From Callorhinchus milii (taxonomy: Eukaryota): a DNA stretch of 64,000 bases. Below the pieces are notes generated by a model that was not told the DNA's origin, did not search any database, and saw only the letters and a list, made by a program, of their open reading frames with translations. The stretch covers positions 48,052,001 through 48,116,000 of the forward strand of contig NW_024704742.1 of NCBI RefSeq assembly GCF_018977255.1, in the 5' to 3' direction. The first letter of the stretch is position 1; every line of letters begins with the position of its first letter. Below, piece after piece: positions 1 through 11,600 of the stretch. The position numbers and the translations under genes are program-made.

Positions 1-827
1 CTACAGCTCGGCTCGGCATTGTGCTTCGCCACTGTCAGTGGTTCTGGGATGGTACCCTGCATGAGGGGGTGGGGGTGCTATATGAAGAAGTCCAGGACCT
101 CTTCACATTTGACATTCAAGGTAAGGATCAAGGGTGTTTGAGAGGGCGCTCGGAGGAGTGGGTGGTGGAGAACAACACTTTAGGGTTATTTTTGGCCTCC
201 AGAATGGCCTTGGAGTAAAAAGGCAGATTTGGCCTGAGAGAGGGAGAGCCAGTAGGAATGCAATGCTCGAACTACATTTTTGAATGAACTGAGGCTGGTT
301 TTGTACCATCTGCACTCGAGTGTCCGAGTTGGGATTTGAGGAAGCAAAGGTGGCTGTTATACCAGGGTGAGCAAGTGGGTTTGGGGATGACTCTACATTT
401 CAGGGGGACAAGGGAATTGCCTCCCATCACCTTTCTGTTATTTTATGCTATTATATACTCCCCCACCCCCTCCCCCAGAGATCTTTCAGAAATTACAACA
501 TTCCCCCCCTCCAGATTCTGTCCACATTTACAACACCCCCCCAGTTCCGTCTACAGTTATCACAACACTTACCTCCCTCAACCTATTTAGCAGAACATAT
601 GTCAGGAGGAATGGTGCCTCCCAGGTCCTGATATTTCTACACTGCAAGCAGATTTATGAAGAGGTTCCAAGTGGAATAAGTGTGTCTGAAACTGTCCACC
701 GCTAATGTGAGGAAAATGTGCTGCAGGAATAAAAGAGTAGCTGGCCTCTCTTTCCAGATCTGGGCCTTTCTCCTGTAACATTTTATGAATTGAAAATATT
801 TTTTGCATTAATTCCACTAGCAACAAC

Positions 828-1400
828 AAAATAACAACAAAATTATATTTGTATAGTGCCTTTCACGTCGGGAGGACATCCCAAGGCACTGGACAATCAG
901 TGTTTCAGACCTGAGCTGAGGTTTGGGATCAGGGATGATAGAGGGCAGGGGGGGAAGGAGGGTAACCAAAGGCACGTTTGAAGAGGAGGGTCTTGAGGGA
1001 CTTGAAGGAGGCAAGGAAGGGGCGCGGCAGAGGGACTGCAAGATGGAGTTCCAGAGGGTGGGGGCAGAGTGGCTGAAGGCTCGCCTGCCAATGGTAGAGC
1101 AGGCGAGGCGGGGACTGTGAAGCAGGCCGGAGCCACTGAGCAGAACTAGGTTGGTAAGAGGTGGCAGAGGCAGTGGAGAGGAAGGCCATGGAGGGCGTTG
1201 AAAATGAGGACCAGAATCTTGAACTGTATCCTCTGTGTGATGGGAAGCCAGTGGAGTCGGGCGAGGATGGGGATGATAGGGTCGGGGTGTCTGGAGCAGG
1301 AGAGGACTTGGGCTGCAGAGTTCTGGATAATCTGAAACCTATGGAGGGAGGAGTTTGGGAGGCTGACAAGCTATGAGTTTTCTTAGTTGAGCCTGGATGT
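828..1400 (-). mobile_element. L2-clade LINE 3' fragment
   Basis: (CAA)n tail and ...ggacatcctcccgacgtgaaaggcact 3' stem on minus strand; end of ORF2 homologous to the copy at 15770-16320. Confidence 0.85.
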
Positions 1401-1760
1401 TATGAATGCGTGTATGAGGGTTTCGGTGGCCTGCGGTGTGAGACAGTGGCTGAGCCGGGTGATGTTGTGGAGGAGGGGAAAGCAGAGCGGGTCATGGCAC
1501 AGATGTGGGGTATAAAGGATAGTTGAGGGTTAAACAAGACCCCAAGGTTCCGGACTGGCTCAGTGAGGTGGAGTGTGCAACCAGGGATGGTGATACTGTC
1601 AGCGCCTGAGGTGAGGAGGGCTGACGGGAGCCAATCAGGAGAGCCTCGGCCTTGTTGACATTCAGCTGGAGAAAGTTGGCTCTCATCCAGGACTTGATGT
1701 CTGATAGACATTCTGTCAGGACAGTAGTGGTCCTGGAGTTGAGGGTGGAGGCAGAGAGGT
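1400..1760 (-). mobile_element. L2 ORF2 fragment (post-RT)
   Basis: Minus-strand ORFs give CLSDIKSWMRANFLQLN and [14 protein letters not shown]. Confidence 0.85.
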
Positions 1761-1799
1761 GGCCCCCCCACAAATAAAACTGATCATCCACTTCACAGA

Positions 1800-2670
1800 T
1801 GTTTGCAGGGCGTTGCTGCGCGGAAATTGGCTTCCGCTTTCATCCGCAAATTCACCGACATATTTGTGCCTGAAAGTTTTATGCGACACTGTGGAACTCT
1901 CTCCCTCAAACCCGTCCGCCTCGACAAACCCCCCCCCCCTCCGCCTCCTCCATATTCAGATTGCACCCAAAAACCTTTCACCGTGGCCCACGGTCAGTCC
2001 CCCCCCCCACCCCTCGCCCCCCGCGCTTGGCATCGGGCTCCACCGCTGCGAAGCGCTCTGAGACCCGCTCCCGGGGGGTGGGGGGAGGGGGTTGGGGGAA
2101 GGGCTGTGGGGCACATTGTTGTTGTTGCTGCTGTTGTTGTTGTTGTTGTGAGCTCTGACGTCACGATGCGATGACTCGCTCCCCGCCATTATCACGTGGT
2201 CGGAGACCCCGCCCACCCGCCGGCCGTTGGGTCACGTGAGTCCCCTCCCGCGGGCCGTTTCTCTCCCGGCCGGTTAGGTGGGCGAGTGCGCGTGCGCCTG
2301 GGCTGCGCGAGGGGTGAGGTGCTGGTGGCGGCGGCGGCGGTTGGTGGGAAATGCCGAGAAAAAAACGCAATCCTGCGCCCTGGGTTCAGGCCTCGCCCCC
2401 CGGGGCAGCGCCCGCCGCTCCCGCTCCCCCCGGGGCCCGGCAGGGGCTCGCCAGAGGGGAGCCCAGGCGGCCCGGGCCCTCGGCCTCGGCCTGTGAGAGC
2501 GCGGGGGCCGCCGCCTCGGGCTCCGGGCTGAGCAGAGAGAAGCTGGTGGAGCGGCTGATGGAGATGTTCTCGCACCTGGACCCCAGTGTGGTGTACGTGG
2601 TGCTGTCCGAGTGCGACTTCAAAGGTAATTCACGGCCGGACACAGCCTGCGCCGGCCTTCACCAGAGGGT
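1800..2670 (+). promoter_or_regulatory. CpG-island promoter of N4BP2
   Basis: High GC and CpG density; CRE TGACGTCA 2156-2163; E-boxes CACGTG 2193-2198 and GTCACGTGAG 2231-2240; GC boxes ~2208-2221; NRF1-like TGCGCGTGCGC 2287-2297. Confidence 0.8.
2351..2624 (+). CDS. N4BP2: N4BP2 coding exon 1 (start of CUE-like domain)
   Basis: ATG at 2351 within the CpG island; ends ECDFK-G|GTAATT, phase 1. Confidence 0.92.
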
Positions 2671-5600
2671 CCCCCAGCCCCCCCCCCAGCCCGCCCCCCC
2701 CAGCCAGCTCCCACACCCCAGCCCCCCCCCAGCCCCCCCCCAGCCAGCCCCCCCCCCCCAGCCAGCTCACACACCCCAGCCCCCCCCCAGCCCCCCCCCA
2801 GCCAGCCAGCCCCCCCCCAGCCAGCCCCCAGCCAGCCCCCCCAGCCAGCTCCCACACCCCCAGCCCCCCCCCCCCCCCAGCCAGCCCCCCCCCCCACCAG
2901 CTCACCACCCCAGCCAGCCCCCCCCCCAGCCCCCCCCAGCCCCCCCCAGCCAGCCCCCCCCCAGCCCCCCCCCCAGCCAGCCCCCCCCCAGCCAGCCCCC
3001 CCCAGCCAGCCCCCCCCCCAGCCAGCCCCCCCCCACCAGCCCCCCCAGCCAGCCCCCCCCCCAGCCAGCCCCCCCCCAGCCAGCCCCCCCCCAGCCAGCC
3101 CCCCCCCCAGCCAGCCCCCCCCAGCCAGCCCCCCCCCAGCCAGCCCCCCCCCAGCCAGCCCCCCCCAGCCAGCCCCCCCAGCCCCCCCCCCCCCCAGCCC
3201 CCCCCCCCAGCCCCCCCAGCCCCCCCAGCCCCCCCAGCCCCCCCCCCAGCCCCAGCCACCCCCCCCCCAGCCCCCCCCCCCCCACCCCCCCCCCAGCCCC
3301 CCCCCCCAGCCCCCCCCAGCCCCCCCCCACCAGCCCGCCCCCAGCCAGCCCCCCCCCCACCAGCCCGCCCCCCAGCCAGCCCCCCCCCACCAGCCCGCCC
3401 CCAGCCAGCCCCCCCAGCCCCCCCCAGCCCCCACCCCCAGCCCCCACCCCAGCCCCCCCAGCCAGCCCCAGCCCCCCCCCCAGCCAGCCAGCCCCCAGCC
3501 AGCCAGCCCCCAGCCAGCCAGCCCCCCAGCCCCCCCCAGCTAGCCCCCCCCCCAGCCAGCCCACCCCCAGCCCAGCCCCAGCCAGCCCCCAGCCAGCCCC
3601 AGCCAGCCCCAGCCAGCCCCCCCCCCAGCCAGCCCCCCAGCCAGCCCCCCCCAGCCAGCCCCCCCAGCCAGCCCGCCCCCCAGCCAGCCCCCCCAGCCAG
3701 CCCGCCCCCCCAGCCAGCCCGCCCCCCCAGCCAGCCCGCCCCCCAGCCAGCCCGCCCCCCAGCCAGCCCGCCAGCCAGCCAACCCCCCCAGCCAGCCAAC
3801 CCCCCCAGCCAGCCCCCCCAGCCAGCCCCCCCCAGCCAGCCCCCCCCCAGCCAGCCCCCCCCAGCCAGCCCCCCCCAGCCAGCCCCCCCCCCCAGCCAGC
3901 CCCCCCCCAGCCAGCCCCCCCCCAGCCAGCCCCCCCCCCAGCCAGCCCCCCCCCAGCCAGCCCCCCCCCCAGCCAGCCCCCCCCCCAGCCAGCCCCCCCC
4001 CAGCCAGCCCCCCCAGCCAGCCCCCCCCCCAGCCAGCCCCCCCCCCAGCCAGCCCCCCCCCAGCCAGCCCCCCCCCCCAGCCAGCCCCCCCCCCAGCCAG
4101 CCAGCCCCCCCCAGCCAGCTCCCCCCCCCAGCCAGCTCCCCCCCCAGCCAGCCCCCCCCAGCCAGCCCCCCCCCAGCCAGCCAGCCAGCCCCCCCCCCAG
4201 CCAGCCCCCCCCCAGCCAGCCCCCCCCAGCCAGCCAGCCAGCCCCCCCCCAGCCAGCCCCCCCCCAGCCAGCCAGCCCCCCCCAGCCAGCCAGCCCCCCC
4301 CCAGCCCCCCCCCCAGCCAGCCAGCCCCCCCCCAGCCAGCCCCCCCCAGCCAGCCAGCTCCCCCCCCAGCCAGCCCCCCCCCAGCCAGCCCCCCCCCCCA
4401 GCCAGCCCCCCCCCCAGCCAGCCCCCCCCAGCCACCCCCCCCAGCCAGCCAGCCAGCCCCCCCAGCCAGCCCCCCCCCACCAGCCAGCCCCCCCCAGCCA
4501 GCCCCCCCCCAGCCAGCCAGCCCCCCCCAGCCAGCCCCCCCCAGCCAGCCAGCCCCCCAGCCAGCCCCCCCCCAGCCAGCCCCCCCCCAGCCAGCCCCCC
4601 CAGCCAGCCCCCCCCCCAGCCAGCCCCCCCCCAGCCAGCCCCCCCCCCAGCCAGCCCCCCCCAGCCAGCCCCCCCCCCAGCCAGCCCCCCCCCAGCCAGC
4701 CCCCCCCAGCCAGCCCCCCCCCAGCCAGCCAGCCCCAGCCAGCCCCCCAGCCAGCCAGCCCCCCCCCAGCCAGCCACCCCCCCCAGCCCCCCCCCAGCCC
4801 CCAGCCCGCCCCCACCAACCACTCCCCACCAGCCCAGTGCCCCCAGACCTGACTTTCACTTTCGTTGCTCTCCTGCAGAGCTCAGACCTGCTTATACTGG
4901 GGAGAGATGCAGCACTGCCCGGGAGGGAGGGAGGAAGGCCCTATTCCTGGAGTGCCATCTTCTCTCCACTGGAGCTACTATTCACTCTTCCCATCCCACC
5001 ACCCACCCTTTTGTGTCCTGCTCTTGCAGGGTTGAGCTAACTCTGATGCTATGGGCTCAGCCTCCATAAGCTCCATGTGACAAAACATTATATAATCTGA
5101 TAAGCCTCCTGCAGATTCCCTGGTGATTTATTACCTGGTGACTTCTGGCGAAAAGGAAATGTCTTGGATTTAATAATAATAATATCCTTGCATTTGATAT
5201 AGTGCTTTTCACATGTTCTAAACGTCCCAAAGCACTTCACAGAATATACCGTAAAGTGAATTGACTGTATATTTGTGGGCGAACGCGGCAGCCAATTGTG
5301 CACAGCAGTGTCCCACAAACAGTCGTGGATTGAAAATGACCAATTTATTATTGTTTTGTTTTTTGGAGGGATTATTATTAGGCGTGTGGAGTAAGGAAAC
5401 TTGCCCAAGGTTTCCTTGGGCAATTTACGTACCACCCTTCTCGTAGAGAGATATCTTAGAGGACTTTACAAGGGATAATAATAATCCTTGTATTTGATGC
5501 AGCTTCTTATCATGTTGAGACATCTCAAATGCTTCACAGAATACACTGTAAAGTACAGTGACTGTGTAATACTGGGGTAGAACCCTGTGTGAGTGAGGGA

Positions 5601-8600
5601 GATGACCATAAGCTTGTAAGAAATAGTATATTAGTTATTTTATGGTGGGACTTTAAAGCCAGAAAAAGAGGGAGGGAGTTTCAGAGGTGCATAGGATTGA
5701 TGCACCGATGGTGACATGGAGAGGGTGGGGGACGTGCAGCGAGCTGTTGATTACAGTAGATGACTTTGCAATTTCTTTCCACCACTCATTAAAATGATCA
5801 CTTTTAATCAAAGCAAGTTTGAAACCTAAATTTCGGAGCTGAATCCGATTATGTGAAGTTGTTTGCTGTGTAACCTCTTAAATATGTAATTTATTTTTTC
5901 ATGAACTATAGTAATTACACATGTTGAAAGTATCCAAGTTGCTTGATTTTTTTAAAAAAAGCATGTTTACTTTTACATAAACAAATGTGTATCACAACTA
6001 CTAGTTTTGAAAATGTTGCATTGCTGCAGTTATTAACATAATGTTTGAGGTACAGTAATTGTTGAATGATCCTGTAACTAATTATGACCGTGGGAAGAAT
6101 CATTGTTAGCATGTTTGAACATTTCTTCGTATTTGTAACACAGTAAATATTTTACTGCATCTTGACTCCCTGGCACAATATCTTTTTCATAAGATTTCAT
6201 ATAAGATGCTATATTTTTAACATTGTATGAATATGTTTCAGAGGATTTCTTTTGAAAGAAAATTATTAGTATATTTATGCACAAATTTCTTTTTTGCTTC
6301 TCCAGCTGATGATGCCATGGATTCTTTGCTTCTACTGTCTGATGCTGCAGAAGGAGTAGCTACAAGGGTGGCATCGTCTGCAGACTCCTCAGGATTTGAT
6401 TTTGTGGCAGCTGCTTTGACTGATGATGAACAGGATCAAGTTAATGAAGAAGGCAAAATGACTTTCCAGACTGTCCCAAGAGACTATATAAATAATTCAG
6501 ATTCTGTTGCTGAAAGTGTTCAGAGATCTGGATTTGATTTGACTGAAGACTTTGACTTCATAATCGAAAATGAATTAGCAACATGTTTTACAAACACCAC
6601 AAATAAAAGCAGCTCTGAATTCCATAAACAGTACCAGCCATTTTTCAACCAGTATAATTCTCCCATGGGCCAATTTTCTGCTAATCATATCAATGATCAG
6701 TTCCCAAGGCGGGTTCAGTCAAGTTTGGAATCTGCTCCAACTGGTTTATCAAATGAACAGCAAAACTGGCAACAAATAGGTCCTGATGACAGGCTATTTC
6801 TCAGGCAGTCACCATTTACCTTAAACACAAATAGCCTCAAAGATAATTCGAGTCCAGGTTTTCATGGAGAAAACCACATATTTGAGCAGAGCTCAGAAGC
6901 TCAATCAGATTGCAACCATATTGGTCTGGATACTCCTGAGGGGTTCAGTAGCAAGAAGTCCTGTGTTGATTCTGATCAGAGTAATGTATTTCCAAACGCA
7001 ATAGGGTCTGCCAGTATCTGGCCGAATCAAAGTGAAAGCAACAGTATATCAAGAGCAATTTGGATGAATATAGGAGCTATTGGAACAAAGGAGTACAGTG
7101 GCTTAGAAGCCACTCCTAGGCAGTATGTCACTCAATCCAATCAAATGGACCACCAAAATAGATTTTCCTGGAACAATGAGATTTCTGATCAATCTGGGGG
7201 GAATTTTTATACCGATAGAAATAGATTTCTCTATGATCTAAAACATGATAATTCAGCAACATTTGAAAATTTTGATTTGTTTAAAAAATCTCAAGGAATC
7301 AAAGGAACAAATGAAATTAAAGCAACAAATAACACCATCTCACCATCTGCGAATGCAAAGAACACTTCGGGCCATGAGCAACAAAGCACATCATGTTTCC
7401 CTTATTGGTTTGATGTAAGGCAAGATTCAAGTACTGAAAAGCTCTCCAAATTGGTCACTAATGAAGAGACAGATTCTCCTCAACATTCAAATAATTCATT
7501 GTTTGTGAATAATTCTAAGTTGCCTTCTAATGTATGGAATCCATGGGCTCCTGAATTTCAGGCTGCAAGTTCAGTGAAAACATTTGTCACCCCTGTGGCA
7601 CTGAGTCCTCTGAAACCAAGGCCTGGTTTTACTTCACCGAGGAGACCTATTGGATGGACACCTGGTTCTGGTCCACCTCATTTGGATAATAGTCGATTAA
7701 TTGCCAACAATTCACAATCCAAACCATGGTTAAATCTACATGACCATCAGCGGTTGCAGTCTTCTGCACAAAACACAAGCAGGATGACAGTGGGACCAGC
7801 CAAACTTCTGTTTCTATTGAGGGGACTTCCAGGATCAGGCAAAAGTACTCTAGCTAGGTAACACTTAAGATTTTTTAATTCTTTTATACAGTAAAAAAAG
7901 GACATCAGTTATCTGAATGTTGATTTGTCTGTGTTGGGCTTTGAAGCAGAAGGTGGATACGGGGCTGTGAAATACTGGCAAAAAATACTGTGGTACACGT
8001 GTATGAAGTAGTGTGCAACAGGCAGAATTAAAGCTGCTCAGACCCTGACTAAATTGTTTCAAGCATCTTTGTGTGCAATTCTGCACATGCACTATTTTTT
8101 GCTGGTGGATAAATAGGTAATGGAGATCTTAAGAGTAAGAACTTGAGGCCTTAGCAATCCTGTATTGGATTGTACTTTTTGCTAGGCCAGTCTAGAAACT
8201 CATAGATAGCTGTATTTATTTCAATGGGAATTGCACTTTTCTGCCTGCTTGCCAACACTATGCTTTCCTGGAGTCAGCCAACTGGCTATATATTTGTTTC
8301 CAGGCTGGTCCCAAGCATCCTCTCCCATTGAAGTACATGGAGTCATCTCAATTGGTAATGATGGTTATGAAATATTCATGTTTCCCATTTGCAAATCTCT
8401 AAAGCTGTATGTGCATGGGGACTATGGTGATGTAGAAATTACACTGGAGTGAATTTCAAAGCAAGAGAGGATCTTGTCATGTTTGTGTAGTTGTTTAGAA
8501 GTCCTAAATGATGACTTCATCAATGCTGTCAGTTATATCACTGGAGTGAACAGCCTAGGACTGGAGATCTGAACAGGCAGATATTTTAAAATGAGAAACT

Positions 8601-11600
8601 TTAAGTAATGGTGACATATCTATCTATTCTAATATACTTGGAGGGTGGGGTGTACTTTGAAAGAGAATAATCTCAGGCTTCCCTTTTATTTAATGTATTG
8701 TATACTGAGTAGATTTTTAAATCATTCTATCAGAATGATAATTAGATTTTTTTTTGCATGCTTACTCCATGATTTTTCAGTTGTATAAACCTGAACCTTT
8801 TCAAACGAGAAAAAAACTTCAAATTGAAATAAGTTTATGCTTTATGTATTTGGGCAGAAATCTTGTTGGACAAGGGCCTAATGGAATAATTCTCAGTACA
8901 GATGACTACTTCTGTAAGAATGGACAATACGAGTTCGCTCCTTGCTTGATTGGAGAGGCTCATGAATGGAACCAAAACCGAGGTGAGCGGTTCTATCATC
9001 TGCTATTTCCTATTGTGTATACTTTTACAGTATCTTGCTAACAATTTAAATTTCTATAGCGTCTTGCATGTTTGGAAGGATGTCTCAAAGATGGGGTAGA
9101 GGTGGGGCGAGGTGGAGAAATCGAGAGGAAAGGTGGCTAAAAGCACAGTTGAAGAGATGTATGCAGGGATAAGGTGGTGTGACTCTAGAGTCAGAGAGCG
9201 GGCACATGATTGTTGAAGGGCCACCAATTGATTGTGGAGCAGAGTGGGGTGGTGGTGAGGGGTGGTCGTGATGTAGGCTGGTGTTCGCTGAGCAGTGGGA
9301 GCGGCTGGGGCAGTAGTTAAAGGAAGTTGCAGAGGTAGAAAGATGAAAAAAATTATGTTGCTCTGTTTGCACACTTTCCTGAAGTAACTAATCAGCTTGG
9401 CTCAGTTGTTGGCGCTGTTTGTGGGGCATTGCTCTGCGCAATTGGTACACAGTCAAGGTCCACAGTCACTTTCCGATATATCCTGTGAAACACTTTGAGA
9501 TGTCCTCCCAATGTGAAAGGTGCTATATCAAATGTAAGATTAAGGATTAATATTGATCATGAATGGCACGTTAAATATTCTTTATCAGCACTGCAAAGCT
9601 ATGTTAGAAATGACATAGCTACCTAATCCGGAGAACAGAGGCTTCAGGGTTCTCCAATCAGGTCAGCTCTAAGAAGCAATAACTACTCTTTATATCTGAC
9701 ATGTTTACTTCATTCATAACTCAACCTTCCTTTAATGATGAGTACAGGCCATCTGGTTTGTCTCAGAGATACCTGTGAACATAACAAAGACCATGTGTTT
9801 GCATATCACATTTTTGCAAGACTGCACCAGACAGGAGCAAGACCATTAGATCATAAAAAGGCAGCATGAATTACTCATGTCTAGCACGGTTGCACAAATT
9901 TTTATTTCAAGGTACAGGATTGCAGCAGTATAGTAATTGGCTTGAAGCCGCATTGGGTTGCACTGTATCTCAAAATCCTTCTTTCCTTGGAGCCTTTGCT
10001 GATGTGAAATTTACACTATTTGCATTTTGAAGTGAATACCACAGAAAAAAGGAAAATGCACATCTGTGTGTTGGCAGTTGTTTAGAGTTCACAGATGATC
10101 ATGTTTTCTTACGTGAAGCCTCTAATTTTTTTTATGGGTTGTTTGTACAGACCGGTCACACAAACTATCTCCTCCCTATAAAGGAGGGGTGAGAGCTCAA
10201 TCAGATTGCTTGTGTCTGAGGCTGTGTTATCAAACAGTTATCAAACATATCTTATCAAACAGGCAACTTATGTTGCCACCTCTGGAGATGAATCTCTTCT
10301 GTAGGAAGAAGTTTTGATCTCTGCCTCATTACCACCAAGGATGAGGTTACATAATTTTTTTAAAAAAATATTTAAAAAGCCCAAATCCAATGGCTTCCCA
10401 TCACACAGGATGCAGTTCAATGTCCTGGTCCTCACCTTCAAAGTCCTTCACCATTGGCAGGCGGGTCTTCAGCCACACTGCCCCCACCCTCTGGAACTTC
10501 ATCCAGCAGTCCCTCTGCCTCGCCCTCTCCCTTGCCTCCTTCAAGACGCGTCTCAAGACCCTCTTCGATCATGTCTTTGATCACCCTGTTTCTCCCGCTA
10601 CCCTCCCTGATCCCAACCCCCAGCTCGGGTCCGAAATACTGATTGTCCAGTGCCTTGGGACATCCTCTCGATGTGAAAGGCGCTATACAAATGTCATTTT
10701 GTTGTTATTTTTATCAATTTTTGAAAAAAACTCCTTGTTAGATTTCTTCCCCTTCCTACAGAGCACTCGGTTCAACTAGAATTTATCTAGGTCTCTGTCT
10801 TGCAACCAACCACAGAAAAAAAAGGGACTAGATTACTTTCTATTACATTTTTTTACCCTGTAAAATAATATTGAGAACACATCAATGAAGAAGTGTGGTC
10901 AAGAACCAATGTCCACCACGACGTGATTTTTTGGGGTTTGGTAGAGTCAATTCATTTTTAATAATAATAATAAATTGGATATTATTGCTGTTGTGACTAT
11001 TATTTTAAACTGTTTAAATCAAATAACTTTCTGGTCATGTGTCCTGTATCTCATGAGGATGTTGTTTAATTTCAGCTAAAGAAGCTATGGAGCAGGGATG
11101 TTCTCCAGTTATAATAGATAACACAAACACACAGGCTTGGGAGATGAAACCTTACATTGCTGTGGTGAGTAAAAGTGGTTTAGAAATTGGTTTGTATATT
11201 CTGAAAACATTTGCTGTATCTTGTAAAAATGCATGTTTTCATTTGTAATATTGGTAATTTTATTTTTTTGTAGTTTCTGGCACTCTGCTATTTAATGTCT
11301 ATATGCACTGAATGTTTTGGGTTGCATTATGCAGTGGGTGTTCTCTAGCTGAGCATTACTCAGGAAAACCGTGGTGTGGTGGTGTTCGGACTTACCAATG
11401 TGCTTTCCAATGCATGGTGACATGACAAAGGAAAGATATTTGACATCTCACAAGCAAAAATATTACAGAGTGTATTGGTCCTCCTATTTTTGGTACCAGC
11501 TCAGACTGATGTATTTTACATTGTCTTCACTCTGCTACCTACACTCTGAGGCAATCTTGAGTAAAACTTCAGTAAAGTAACTTTTTTGGGGGATTCTAAA

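Noticed and set aside
2586..5069. Long Pro-rich and Gly/Trp-rich ORFs on both strands (up to 827 aa)
   Set aside because: By-product of the satellite: almost no T on + and almost no A on -, so stops are nearly impossible; a good donor at 2625 removes the region
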